NCBI GenBank assembly: GCA_050176815.1
Contig: JBFXHR010000011.1
Span: forward strand, 1,055 to 65,054
Length of the DNA stretch: 64,000 nucleotides
Source of the DNA: Kiritimatiellia bacterium
GTDB lineage: Bacteria > Verrucomicrobiota > Kiritimatiellia > CAIQIC01 > Lenti-01
Direction: 5' to 3'
Each line of letters begins with the position of its first letter. Positions within the stretch are counted from its first letter, which is position 1. Positions 28,601 to 37,488 of this stretch are shown here, piece by piece. The translations under genes and the position numbers were made by a program. Below the pieces are notes generated by a model, which searched no databases, was not told where the DNA came from, and saw only the letters and a program-made list of their open reading frames with translations.

Positions 28601-30671
28601 CGTGCCGCTGACCTTCGCGGGCTGGCAAATCGACGGCGCGCGCTGGCCGACCAACGGCGGACCCTCGCGGCGGCAAATCGACGGCATTCCAATGCCCGCC
28701 CCGCGCACCGCCACCGCCGTTTATCTGGCGACGGCGCTGGACAGCGACGCCAACGGACTGCCCGATTGGTTCGAAGAACGCTATTTCGGCGGCCTGGGCC
28801 AGGATCCATACGGCGATCCCGACGGCGATGGCTACGAAAACGAACTGGAGGCGGCCGACCATTCCGATCCGCTCGACGACGCTTCGGTTCCGGCCGTTCC
28901 CGTCATTCTGCACGATCCGCTGGCTTCGCCGGCCGCTACACCCGCGCCGTGGGCCGTTTCGGCGACGATTACCGACAACTATCAGGTCGCCACCGCGACC
29001 CTCCACTGGCAGCGCAACGGCGGACTCGTCCGTTCCGCGGCGATGACGAACGGCGGCGGCGATGCGTTCTCCGCGCAAATCCCTTCGCCGGCCCGCGACG
29101 GCGATCAAATCGTCTATTGGCTCTCCGCCGCCGATGCCGCCGGTTTCGTCGCCCAATCCGCCTCCTGGACCGTGGATGTTTCGTATGCGAGAATCAATAT
29201 CTCGCCCGATGCCCTCGCCGCTTCGTTGCCGGGCGACGCGCAGACCAATCTCTATTTGTTCATCCAGAACGTCGGCAGCCAGCCGCTGGACGTCACGCTG
29301 GAAATCGCGCCCCTTGGATTCGCCGACGACGTCGAATCCGGCACCAACGGATGGACGCGGCCCGACGGCAACGCGGACTGGCACGTCAGCGCCCCAAACG
29401 CCCATTCGCCGTCCAACGCCTGGTATTGCGGACAAGCTCTGACGCAGACCTACCGGGATTCCACCCACGCCGCGCTGTCCACGCCGCCCATCCAACTGGC
29501 CGCCGACTCGCCCAGGCTCGATTTTCTGCACCGCGCGCGGTTCGAATACGACGACAGCCGCAGTCCCGACGGCTACCACTACTGGGATTCAGGCGTGCTC
29601 GAAATCACGGGCAACGGCGGCGCCACGTGGAACGCGCTTGTGCCCGAGGGCGGCTATCCGGGTTTAATCACCTCCAACCCGGCCTCGCCTTTCGCCCCCG
29701 AAACGCCCTGTTTCGTGGATACCTCCGACTGGGATCCCGTGGGCGCCGATCTGTCGGCCTATGCCGGCCGGGAAGTGCAGATCCGGTTCCGCTTCGGCGC
29801 CGATGCCTATGTCGTCGCCGAAGGCTGGCGCCTCGACGACGTCGTCGTCTCGCCGCGCACGGAATACGAGGGATGGCTTAGTTTCCCCATTACCAACTGG
29901 AATATCGATGTCGGATTTGGTTTTGCCGCTCCCGTCAATCTCGACACCACCCCGCTGCCGCCGATGGCCTCGGGCCACTATGCCCTCCTCGTGCACCACA
30001 ACGATCCCGAACGTTCTTCGCCCATCGCGGTGCCCGTCGCCCTGCACAACCTCACCCGCCGCGTGCGCGTCACGGCCGACGGTCCCGGAGAGGTCGATCC
30101 ATGGGGAGAAACTCTTGTGGAAGAAGGCCAAAACTTCCGCGTCGATTTTGAAGCCCATTCCGGCGCTTTCATTGCCGATATTCGTTCCAATTCGGTCCCC
30201 ATCCCTTTCTTCAATGGCTTTTTCACCAATTTCATCATTTTCTGGCCGCCATTAAGCAGCAACCTCGATGTTCACGCCGTCTTTGCCCCGATTCTCGAGG
30301 ATGGACTTGTGCCGCCTGAATGGCTGTCTCTATACGGATTAACCAACCGCCACTGGATGGCCGAGGCCAGCCTCGACCAAGACGGCGACGGGTTCCTGAC
30401 CTGGCAGGAATACCAGCTCGGATACAACCCCACCAACCCCGCCGATGCGCGCCTCGTGGTGGATTTCGAATCGCGGCACCCGGGAACGAACGACTGGCGC
30501 ATCGTCTGGCACGCCTTCACCAACCGCGCGGCCACCTACACCATCCTGGCCAGCACCAATCCGGCCTGGGGCGGATTCATCTCCTTGACCAATCTCGTCG
30601 CCGTGCCGCCCGTCATGACGTCGCCCCCGCTGCCGCCCGACCACCGGTACTTCGGCATCCGAAAAGAGTAA
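25698..30671 (+). CDS. very large secreted S8 (subtilisin-like) serine peptidase with multi-domain C-terminal extension
   Basis: 1657 aa with an N-terminal signal/TM. Catalytic motifs AVADTGLD (Asp), HGTHVVG (His), AAGNDG (oxyanion Asn) and GGTSMATP (Ser). Thrombospondin-type-3-like Ca-binding repeats (DSDANGLPDW, DPDGDGYENE, DQDGDGFLTW) and many beta-rich modules. Confidence 0.85.
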   Translation: MMKVPSIIRWAWIPGILLLGLAFWLWRGPRPALPAPEWTCDEANRLAAPALRDIRRNLPPPLPPPDDSGPAIRLRTATLRPGMDFGAPVHARPSARGYPWMVLFDGPLQPDWRAHLESAGATVRAYLPDHAWLVEAPAAIRDKLRGFPHVAWSGEYRPAHKIQPLLAGLARQNPDLPVPVTIQTFAPEDADGLATQLRAAGATDLRATAAKRWGLVRAVLPAQAATELASLPEVQWIEHRETPRVLNDLARGVEHLNLDAARDGRGLDGSGQIVAVADTGLDTGNVDTLHPDFAGRLIEVLDIGRLTNWSDTYYHGTHVVGSLLGTGAASGGQYRGAAPAAQLVFQSIMTAYSTLNLPNDLNELYQPPYDLGARVHSDSWGSAAAGQYTSDSMTSDEFIWDHPGWVVAFAAGNDGIDSDRNGVVDALSLDAPASAKNVLSVGASESERPAGGGGLTARAYASAWPADYGAMPIAGDLISSSPAGNPQGMAAFSSRGPAADGRAKPDFVAPGTDVVSARSRASDDDGWGVLAENTNYCFMGGTSMATPLAAGCATLVRQYCVDVLGMAEPSAALVKAALAGGARSLHPGQYGTNEFLEIPSAPRPNSVEGWGQIDVAGTLFPPEGVQAVLTEGPSALDTGGSNVVSFLVRSNAPLAVSLAYSDYPSALAAAVNLVNDLDLLLIDPNGVPHYPNGRTDPDALNNLEGIDVAAAATGRWTLVVSAPNVPQGPQPYALYLRGAVDMPAFIEHEPLETTWITDADYLVSAAVTSPGVLDPASVRLHWNTTGTGSFAAVGMVSASGHIFEASIPAQSVGTHVFYYLSAGPDGLTTFHPAGAPAELHSFDVNPPLALAVSGLPSNLFTADPAYGLHTLASNAVVHAVASYPPAGTNGWRTACVGWQGAGSVPPAGQTNVCDFTMIGPSIITWLWQEQVALMHMSAPSGAMAESTWHARNAVVSSLSAPESHLSNGVPLTFAGWQIDGARWPTNGGPSRRQIDGIPMPAPRTATAVYLATALDSDANGLPDWFEERYFGGLGQDPYGDPDGDGYENELEAADHSDPLDDASVPAVPVILHDPLASPAATPAPWAVSATITDNYQVATATLHWQRNGGLVRSAAMTNGGGDAFSAQIPSPARDGDQIVYWLSAADAAGFVAQSASWTVDVSYARINISPDALAASLPGDAQTNLYLFIQNVGSQPLDVTLEIAPLGFADDVESGTNGWTRPDGNADWHVSAPNAHSPSNAWYCGQALTQTYRDSTHAALSTPPIQLAADSPRLDFLHRARFEYDDSRSPDGYHYWDSGVLEITGNGGATWNALVPEGGYPGLITSNPASPFAPETPCFVDTSDWDPVGADLSAYAGREVQIRFRFGADAYVVAEGWRLDDVVVSPRTEYEGWLSFPITNWNIDVGFGFAAPVNLDTTPLPPMASGHYALLVHHNDPERSSPIAVPVALHNLTRRVRVTADGPGEVDPWGETLVEEGQNFRVDFEAHSGAFIADIRSNSVPIPFFNGFFTNFIIFWPPLSSNLDVHAVFAPILEDGLVPPEWLSLYGLTNRHWMAEASLDQDGDGFLTWQEYQLGYNPTNPADARLVVDFESRHPGTNDWRIVWHAFTNRAATYTILASTNPAWGGFISLTNLVAVPPVMTSPPLPPDHRYFGIRKE

Positions 30672-30720
30672 GGCCCGCCGGAACGACGGGCCCATCCCGC
30701 GCCCCCTCCCCAATTTGCCG

Positions 30721-31608
30721 CTATTCCGCGGCGGTGCCGATCTTGTAGCCCAGCGCCGCCTCGGCGATGTTGCGGCCGTCGCGCAGGCGCGGCGTCACCC
30801 GCGGAACCCACATCATCCGGCGCTTGGCGCGAAGGACCATGTGGTGGTCCGGCAGAAAGAAAAAGATCCCGTCCAGCAATCCCGCCAGCCAGAAAAACGG
30901 CGTAAATACGGTGAAAACCGCCGCCGCCCGGCGCAGCCGACGCTCGTTCAGGGCCGCCGGTTCGCACGACGACGGAATGATTCCCGCGAACAATTCGGCC
31001 AGCAACGACGCGAATTCGCTGAAAAAACGGCCATAGCCCGCCGTTTCCTGCACGTCGAACCCGTCTTTCAGGACGTCGAACAGCTCCGTCGGCGTGAATC
31101 CCGGATGGACCATCGGCCGAAGGGGATCCGTCAGCCCCGACAGTTTGCGGAACCAGCCGACCAGCGTGCGCCTTTTGCGCCGCACGTGCAGGATCAGGCG
31201 GGTCTTGGAACGCAAGGTCCGATGGAGCTCCGCCATCAAATCGGCCGGCTTCTCCACGTACTCGAGCATGTCGCTGGCCACCACGGCGTCGAAAGAACCG
31301 TCCTCGAACGGAAGTTGCGGCAGGACCGCCAGATGGATGCGGTCGATTCCCGCCTCGGCCAGCAGTTCGGCCTGCGTTTCCGTTGCCGCCAGGCTGGTCC
31401 ACACGGCCCCGCCCCCCCCGCCGGCGTTTCGCATCGCCACGCTGACGGCATCGTCCGCGGACATCTCCAGCACCTGTTGGCCGTTCACTTTGTCCAGCAT
31501 TCGCATCGCGCGGACCAGCAACTTCCTGCGCAGCGGAGACCGCAGGAAAATCTTCATCCGCCATTGGACGATTTCCGCGTCGATCGGACTGGTGGTCTCG
31601 TCGCTCAT
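30721..31608 (-). CDS. class I SAM-dependent methyltransferase with C-terminal membrane segment
   Basis: 295 aa from MSDETTSPID. Methyltransf_11-like PFEDGSFDAVVASDMLEYV. The rest of the 898-aa ORF 30721..33417 is antisense to mgtE and was judged a shadow ORF. Confidence 0.65.
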   Translation of the reverse strand: MSDETTSPIDAEIVQWRMKIFLRSPLRRKLLVRAMRMLDKVNGQQVLEMSADDAVSVAMRNAGGGGGAVWTSLAATETQAELLAEAGIDRIHLAVLPQLPFEDGSFDAVVASDMLEYVEKPADLMAELHRTLRSKTRLILHVRRKRRTLVGWFRKLSGLTDPLRPMVHPGFTPTELFDVLKDGFDVQETAGYGRFFSEFASLLAELFAGIIPSSCEPAALNERRLRRAAAVFTVFTPFFWLAGLLDGIFFFLPDHHMVLRAKRRMMWVPRVTPRLRDGRNIAEAALGYKIGTAAE

Positions 31609-31716
31609 ATCGCCCGGAATATGCCATCGCCGCCCCCCCTTGTCCAGCCCGGACCCGAACCGGATTGCGCAAACTTCGGCCTTGTCTTCCCCGAAGCCTT
31701 CCCCCATCCTTTTTGC

Positions 31717-33081
31717 ATGATTCTCCGCCATCTGCTGTTGCCCGACATCCTCGATCTCGTCGAATCCGGCCGCCTCAACGACGTCCGCGAGTTCCTGGCC
31801 AAACAGCCCGCCCCCGAAATCGCCGAGCTGCTGACCGCGCTCGAGGACAAAGACCGCGTCCTTCTTTTCCGCCTTTTGCCCCGCAACCTCGCCGACGACA
31901 CGTTTTGCCTGCTGGAGCCGTCCGCCCAGCACCTCCTGCTGCAGAACATGGCGAAAGAAGAAGTCCGCCAAGTCATTTCCGGCCTCTCCCCGGACGACCG
32001 GACCGCGCTCTTCGAGGAATTGCCGGCCCGCGTCACCAAGGGGCTTCTCGGACTTCTCGACGACGCCGACCGCAAGAAGACCCTGACGCTGCTGAGCTAT
32101 CCCGAGGGCAGCGTGGGCCGCCTGATGACCGACCGCTACGTCACGGTGCAGCCCGATTGGACGGCCGCCCAAGCCATGGAGTATCTCCGCAAGGTCGGCA
32201 CCGATTCCGAAACCATGACGATGATCTACATCGCCGACGAAAAGGGCCGCCTCGCCGACGACCTCCGCCTGCGCAAGATCATCCTCGCCGATCCGGCCAC
32301 GCGCATCGCCGATCTGCTCGACGGCCATTATGCCTGCCTCCACTCGCTTCAAAACCGGGAGGAAGCGGTCCAGATCTTCCGGAAATACGATTTGTACGCC
32401 CTGCCCGTCGTGGACACCGACGGCATCCTCCTCGGCATCGTCACCGCCGACGACATTCTCGACGTCGCCGAAGAGGCCGCCACGGAAGACTTCCACAAGT
32501 TGGCCACGGTGAGTCCCCTGCAAGTCAGTTTCAAGGACGCCACGCTCGGCCTGCTGTTCCGCAAGCGCATCGGCTGGCTCATCGGCCTCGTCGTCGTGAA
32601 CATCTTCACCGGGATGGGCATCAAGATGTTCGAGGATACCATCGTCGCCGTGGCGGCGCTGGTCGCCCTGATGCCGCTGCTGATCGGCAGCGGCGGCAAC
32701 GCCGGCGCCCAGGCCGCCACCCTGGTCGTTCGCGCCATCGCCACCGGCGAAATCGGCTCCAGCGACTGGTGGAAGCTCCTCCTGCGCGAAATCGGCGTCA
32801 GCACGGCGATCGGCCTGGCCATGTCGTTCGCCGCGTTCTTCCTCGGCTGGGCCCTCGGCGACCTGCGGGTCGCCATCGTCGTGGCCCTCAGCATGACGAC
32901 GGTCGTCATCGCCGGCAGCCTGATGGGCACCGTGCTGCCCATGCTTCTCAACCGCCTCAAACTCGATCCCGCCACGGCCAGCGTTCCCCTGATCACCTCC
33001 ATGGCCGACATTCTCGGCGTGCTCATCTACTTTTCCATCGCCAACGTCGTTCTGCATTTCGTTAAATTGCCGGCCAGTTGA
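31717..33081 (+). CDS. mgtE: magnesium transporter MgtE
   Basis: 454 aa from MILRHLLLPD. MgtE N-domain, tandem CBS domains, and a TM domain with GNAGAQ and PLITSMADILG motifs. Confidence 0.92.
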   Translation: MILRHLLLPDILDLVESGRLNDVREFLAKQPAPEIAELLTALEDKDRVLLFRLLPRNLADDTFCLLEPSAQHLLLQNMAKEEVRQVISGLSPDDRTALFEELPARVTKGLLGLLDDADRKKTLTLLSYPEGSVGRLMTDRYVTVQPDWTAAQAMEYLRKVGTDSETMTMIYIADEKGRLADDLRLRKIILADPATRIADLLDGHYACLHSLQNREEAVQIFRKYDLYALPVVDTDGILLGIVTADDILDVAEEAATEDFHKLATVSPLQVSFKDATLGLLFRKRIGWLIGLVVVNIFTGMGIKMFEDTIVAVAALVALMPLLIGSGGNAGAQAATLVVRAIATGEIGSSDWWKLLLREIGVSTAIGLAMSFAAFFLGWALGDLRVAIVVALSMTTVVIAGSLMGTVLPMLLNRLKLDPATASVPLITSMADILGVLIYFSIANVVLHFVKLPAS

Positions 33082-33091
33082 AAGGAATCCC

Positions 33092-33934
33092 GTGAACTCC
33101 CGCCCCCTGTTTTCCATCCTTCCCCTGGTGGCCGCGATGCTCGTTCCCGCCGCCGCCGCCCAGCAACGGGTCGAATTCCAGCGCCAAAAATTCGACCGGT
33201 CCCGCTTCGAGCGTCCGGATTCTTCCCTGCGCCCCCCTGCGGCGGCGGGAATCGCCGCGGCACCCGCGGCTGCCGAACCGGCCCCCGTTTCCGTTGCCCC
33301 GTCCGCGGAAATGCCTGCGAGCCCCGCGGCGGAGTTCTCCGGCGGTTCCGGATTTCCCGCCGCTCCCGCCGCCGCCTCGGATTCCGCGCCGCCCGCTCCG
33401 TCCGTGTTTTCCTCCAATGCCGTCCCGCCTTCGTTGCCGCCGCCCGGCGGTTCGCCCTATCCCGCCAACGCCACCGACGCGGAAAAGGCCGCCATCGACG
33501 CTCCGCTGCTGGAAGAAATTCCGGCCAAGTGGTTCGACGACGCCAAAGACTACGAGGCACTGCTCGAACTCCAGAAAAAAACCGGCGCCTGCATGCTGGT
33601 CTATTTCAAGAATCCGTTCGTGACCAACGAAAAAGGGCTTTGCGGCTGGTTCGAGAAAAACGTCGCCACGGACCTGCAATGGCGCAAGGCCATCAAAAAC
33701 TACGTCAAGCTCCAGATCACCTACATCGGCAACGAGGAAACGAAAGCGCTGATCGCTCAATTCCGCGCGAACAAAACCCCGGCCTTCTTCGTCGTCAAAC
33801 CCGGCGGCACCTTTCCCGCCCGCATCCAACTGTTCGATTACACCCCGAATTCCCGTCCGGAACCCCGAGACGTGGCCACCATTCTGGAATCCATCAAGGT
33901 GAACAGCACCCCCGCCTACGCCGGGCTTTTCTGA
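33092..33934 (+). CDS. secreted protein, Pro/Ala-rich linker plus possible thioredoxin-like-fold C-domain (no CxxC)
   Basis: 280 aa. Signal peptide MNSRPLFSILPLVAAMLVPAAAAQ. The C-terminal MLVYFKNPF...TPAFFVV pattern resembles Trx-fold proteins. The functional call is weak. Confidence 0.5.
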   Translation: MNSRPLFSILPLVAAMLVPAAAAQQRVEFQRQKFDRSRFERPDSSLRPPAAAGIAAAPAAAEPAPVSVAPSAEMPASPAAEFSGGSGFPAAPAAASDSAPPAPSVFSSNAVPPSLPPPGGSPYPANATDAEKAAIDAPLLEEIPAKWFDDAKDYEALLELQKKTGACMLVYFKNPFVTNEKGLCGWFEKNVATDLQWRKAIKNYVKLQITYIGNEETKALIAQFRANKTPAFFVVKPGGTFPARIQLFDYTPNSRPEPRDVATILESIKVNSTPAYAGLF

Positions 33935-33941
33935 TTCTTCC

Positions 33942-34904
33942 ATGGCGGTCCTTTCCCCATTTCTCGCCATCGCCCGCTTGGCTGCCCTCGAAGCCATCCG
34001 CCGCCCCGTTTTCCTGTTGATCTCGCTCTTCGTTCTGGCCGGCATCGTCCTGATGCCGCTGCTGCTCAACTATACCCTCGGCGATTCCGCGCGAATCATC
34101 CGCGACAGCGCGTTGGCGCTCTATTTCGTCGGCGGGTTGCTTCTCGCCGCCGTTTCCGCCGGCGAAACCCTTTCCGGCGAATTGCGCCGCGGCACTTCGG
34201 CCACCGTTCTCTCCAAGCCCGTATCGCGCGCGGCGTTCTTTCTCGCGAAGGCCACCGGCATCGTCGCCGCCCTGGCGCTGTTTACCCTCGCCGCCTTGGC
34301 GGCCACGATGCTCTCCGTTCGCGCCGGCGCCAGCGATCTTCGCCTGGACGGGGCCGCCGCCCTCCCGGCCCTGCTGGCGATTCTCTTGGCCCCGGCCGTC
34401 GCCGGCGCATGGAATCACCGCACGCGCCGCCCCTTCGCGTCCGCCGCGTTCTTCCTCCTGCTCTTTTTCCTCCTGCTGGCCGTCGCCGTTGCCGCTTTCT
34501 TCCCCACGCCTCTCGATCGGCTCGTCTTTCCGGACAACTTTTCCTGGTCCCTGCTGTCCGTCGGTTTCCTGCTCTTCCTGTGCCTCGCCATGGCGGCGGC
34601 TCTCGCCTCGGCCCTCGCCACCCGCCTCCCCGTCACGCCCGTTTTGCTCCTTTGCGCCGGACTTTTCCTCTTCGGCCTCATGGCCGACTACCTCCTCGGC
34701 CCTCGCCTCGACGCCTCGTTCCTGGCCCGGGCCGCCTACGCCATCCTGCCCAACGTCCAGGCCTTCTGGCTCCTCGACGCCCTCGACTCCGCCTCCTCCA
34801 TCCCCCCCTCGTATCTGGGGCTCGCCGCGGCCTACGCCGCCGCGTGGTCTGCCGTCGCCCTCGCCATCGGCATCGTCTCCTTCCAAAAACTGGAGATCTC
34901 CTGA
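33942..34904 (+). CDS. ABC-2 type transporter permease
   Basis: 320 aa, polytopic. Lies immediately upstream of the ATPase gene (2-nt gap). Confidence 0.7.
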   Translation: MAVLSPFLAIARLAALEAIRRPVFLLISLFVLAGIVLMPLLLNYTLGDSARIIRDSALALYFVGGLLLAAVSAGETLSGELRRGTSATVLSKPVSRAAFFLAKATGIVAALALFTLAALAATMLSVRAGASDLRLDGAAALPALLAILLAPAVAGAWNHRTRRPFASAAFFLLLFFLLLAVAVAAFFPTPLDRLVFPDNFSWSLLSVGFLLFLCLAMAAALASALATRLPVTPVLLLCAGLFLFGLMADYLLGPRLDASFLARAAYAILPNVQAFWLLDALDSASSIPPSYLGLAAAYAAAWSAVALAIGIVSFQKLEIS

Positions 34905-34905
34905 C

Positions 34906-35817
34906 ATGACCGCCCTCCGCGCCGAAAACCTGTCCAAAACCTTCCGCGATTTCTGGCGCCGGCCGCGCGTGGAAGCCGTCCGTTCCGTCTCTTTCGACGT
35001 TCCCGCCGGCCAGGTTTTTGGCCTTCTCGGTCCCAACGGCTCCGGAAAATCCACCACCATCAAGATGATTCTGGGCCTTCTCTTCCCCACCGCCGGCACG
35101 CTGGAAGTCCTCGGGGCCTCCCCCCGTTCCGTCGCCGTCAAACAGCGCATCGGCTATCTGCCCGAAGAATCCTATCTCTATCCCCACCTCACCCCGCTCG
35201 AAACCCTCTCGTTCTATGCCCGTCTTTTCCGCCTCCCTTCCGCCGAAGCCCGCGCCCGCATCGACCAGCTGCTCGAGATGATCGGCCTTTCCCACGCGCG
35301 CCATCGCCCCGTCGGCGAATTTTCCAAAGGCATGGCCCGCCGCATCGGCCTCGCCCAGGCCCTTCTCAACGATCCGGACCTGGTCATCCTCGACGAACCC
35401 ACCGCCGGCCTCGATCCCCAAGGCACCCGCCAGGTCAAGGATCTCATTCTCGCCTTGGCCGCCCGCGGCAAAACCATCCTGCTCACCTCCCATCTCCTCG
35501 CCGACGTCGAAGACGTCTGCCGGCAGGTCGCCATCCTTTTCAACGGACGCATCCTCGCCCGCGGCGCGCTGGATTCCCTTCTCGCCCAGAAAGAGAAAAC
35601 CACCCTCACCTTCCCGACGCCGTCGGATCCGGCCACCCTGCGTAAAATCCTCGATGCCGCCCGCGCCGCCCTTGGCACCGATCCATCCCTCGACCACCCC
35701 CGCCAGGCATTGGAGCCCTATTTCCTCCGCGTCATCCAGGACGCGGCCAGCGATGCATCTTCCCCCGCGTCGGGCGCCGAACCCGCCGCGCCCCTCGCGC
35801 CATACCTCCGGAAGTAG
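34906..35817 (+). CDS. ABC transporter ATP-binding protein
   Basis: Starts MTALRAENLSKTF. Walker A GLLGPNGSGKST, signature-like FSKGMARR, Walker B LVILDEPTAGLD. Confidence 0.9.
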   Translation: MTALRAENLSKTFRDFWRRPRVEAVRSVSFDVPAGQVFGLLGPNGSGKSTTIKMILGLLFPTAGTLEVLGASPRSVAVKQRIGYLPEESYLYPHLTPLETLSFYARLFRLPSAEARARIDQLLEMIGLSHARHRPVGEFSKGMARRIGLAQALLNDPDLVILDEPTAGLDPQGTRQVKDLILALAARGKTILLTSHLLADVEDVCRQVAILFNGRILARGALDSLLAQKEKTTLTFPTPSDPATLRKILDAARAALGTDPSLDHPRQALEPYFLRVIQDAASDASSPASGAEPAAPLAPYLRK

Positions 35818-35852
35818 CCGCGCCGCGTGCGCGGGGCCCGGGCAGACAACGG

Positions 35853-36308
35853 CTAAAACATCTCCTCGAAAACGCGGAATTCCTTTTCGGCCATGCCGAG
35901 GCTGCGAAATACTTCCTGGGCGTGGACGTCGTCCTTGTGGGCATAGAGGCGGAAGCCGCACACGTTGCCTTCGCGGGCGGCCAGCTCTTCGGCCTTCCCG
36001 TATAGCGCGGCATAGACGCCGCGACCGCGCAGCTCCGGCTTCACGTAGCAGCTCCCGATCCACCAGAACATCTTGTTGCGCCAGGCGCTCCACTCGAAGC
36101 TCACCTTGAGGCAGCCCGCCATCGCGCCATCCGCTTCCGCCACGAGGTAGAACCCGCGCTCGGGATGTCCGATCAACGCCACCACGCCCGCCATCACCGT
36201 GCTTTCGCTCAGTGCCAGGCTTTCGGTTTCCATGGCCATCTTGCGGTTGTAGTCCGCGATCCGGCTGGCTTCCGCCGCCGTCGCGTAGCGCACCTTGATT
36301 TCGCTCAT
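35853..36308 (-). CDS. GNAT family N-acetyltransferase
   Basis: 151 aa from MSEIKVRY. Acetyl-CoA motif LRGRGVYAALY. Confidence 0.75.
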   Translation of the reverse strand: MSEIKVRYATAAEASRIADYNRKMAMETESLALSESTVMAGVVALIGHPERGFYLVAEADGAMAGCLKVSFEWSAWRNKMFWWIGSCYVKPELRGRGVYAALYGKAEELAAREGNVCGFRLYAHKDDVHAQEVFRSLGMAEKEFRVFEEMF

Positions 36309-36369
36309 GCTGCTGCCTCCAGCGGTTTTTTCGCATTTTCCCGCGGCGGTTGCAAGCGCCGCGGCGTTT

Positions 36370-37407
36370 TCAGGGGCGTTTTTTGCGCGGTCCCCATTTC
36401 GCCCAGGCCACCACGCCCAGCAACGACAGGGCTTGAACGTGGACGTTCCAGGCCATGCCTTCTTCGCCGTGCGCATGGGCATCGACCATCCGGATGCCGG
36501 CCGGCATCCATCCCGTCGGCAGCAGCGCCTCGACCAGGAGGCCGAATCCGATGGCGCACGCCGCCAGCACCGCCGCGTAGACCGCCGCGGTCCGCCATCC
36601 CATCAGCCGGTTCACCGCCAGCAAGGTCGATGCGCTCACCCCCGGTCCGCCGATCAGAAACGCCATGGCCGCCCCCGGCGACAACCCCGCCGCCATCAGT
36701 CCCAGGGCAAACGGAACCGCCGCCGTCGAACAGATGTACATCGGCACGCCAAAGGCCAACACCAGCACCATCTGGGCCAGCGGATCGGAAATTTTTTCCG
36801 CGATGTAGTTTCCCGGCACCAGCGCCATCACCAGCGCCGAAATGAGCGCGCCCGCCAGCAATGCCCCGCCCACCGACCGCGGCAGCACGACGAATCCGTT
36901 GTGCGCCACCCGCCGCCACCACGGTTCCGTTTCGGCCTCGATGTCCGGTTCCGGAATGGCCGGCTCGGAAGTCGCGTCGCCGTCGAGCGCCTCCACGGCG
37001 AACCCGCACAGCACGCCCGACACCAACGCCGCCAACGGCCGGAACAAGGCAAACAATCCGCCCATCATGCCGTAGGTCACGGCGATGCTGTCCACGCCGG
37101 TCTGCGGCGTGCTCATCAAGAATGCCGTCGTGGGGCCTTTCCCCGCGCCGTGCTTGCGCAGCGACGCGCCCAGGGGAATGACGCCGCACGAACACACCGG
37201 CAGCGGAATTCCCAACGCCACCGCCTTCAAGATCGAACCGGATCGCCCCCCCCCGAAATGGTCCCGCACCACGCGCGCGTTCAGCCACAGCGACAGCACT
37301 CCGGCCACGAAAAATCCGCCCAGCACCCATGGCGCCATCTCGCCCAGCACCAGCCACGTGCGCTCCAGAACGGCTCCGGCCAATTGAATCGTCTTCTCCA
37401 TGACCAA
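36370..37407 (-). CDS. ArsP_1/DUF318-family permease (putative metal efflux)
   Basis: 345 aa, polytopic. Contains the characteristic PLPVCSCGVIPL motif and a His-rich stretch DAHAHGEEG near the C-terminus. Confidence 0.7.
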   Translation of the reverse strand: MVMEKTIQLAGAVLERTWLVLGEMAPWVLGGFFVAGVLSLWLNARVVRDHFGGGRSGSILKAVALGIPLPVCSCGVIPLGASLRKHGAGKGPTTAFLMSTPQTGVDSIAVTYGMMGGLFALFRPLAALVSGVLCGFAVEALDGDATSEPAIPEPDIEAETEPWWRRVAHNGFVVLPRSVGGALLAGALISALVMALVPGNYIAEKISDPLAQMVLVLAFGVPMYICSTAAVPFALGLMAAGLSPGAAMAFLIGGPGVSASTLLAVNRLMGWRTAAVYAAVLAACAIGFGLLVEALLPTGWMPAGIRMVDAHAHGEEGMAWNVHVQALSLLGVVAWAKWGPRKKRP

Positions 37408-37488
37408 AATCCTACCATATCGCTAGACAAACCGCCAATCTCCCCTTGCCGCTGGATTTGTCCCCCGGGCCTGCTATAGTCCATCCCC

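Noticed and set aside
31609-31716. M-box (Mg) riboswitch upstream of mgtE, and an L-box upstream of lysC (1940-1963).
   Set aside because: The leaders are only 108 nt and 24 nt long, too short for these riboswitches, and no conserved cores were seen.
31609-33417. Upstream part of the 898-aa minus-strand ORF 30721..33417.
   Set aside because: It is antisense to mgtE. Methyltransferase-like sequence begins only at about 31608.
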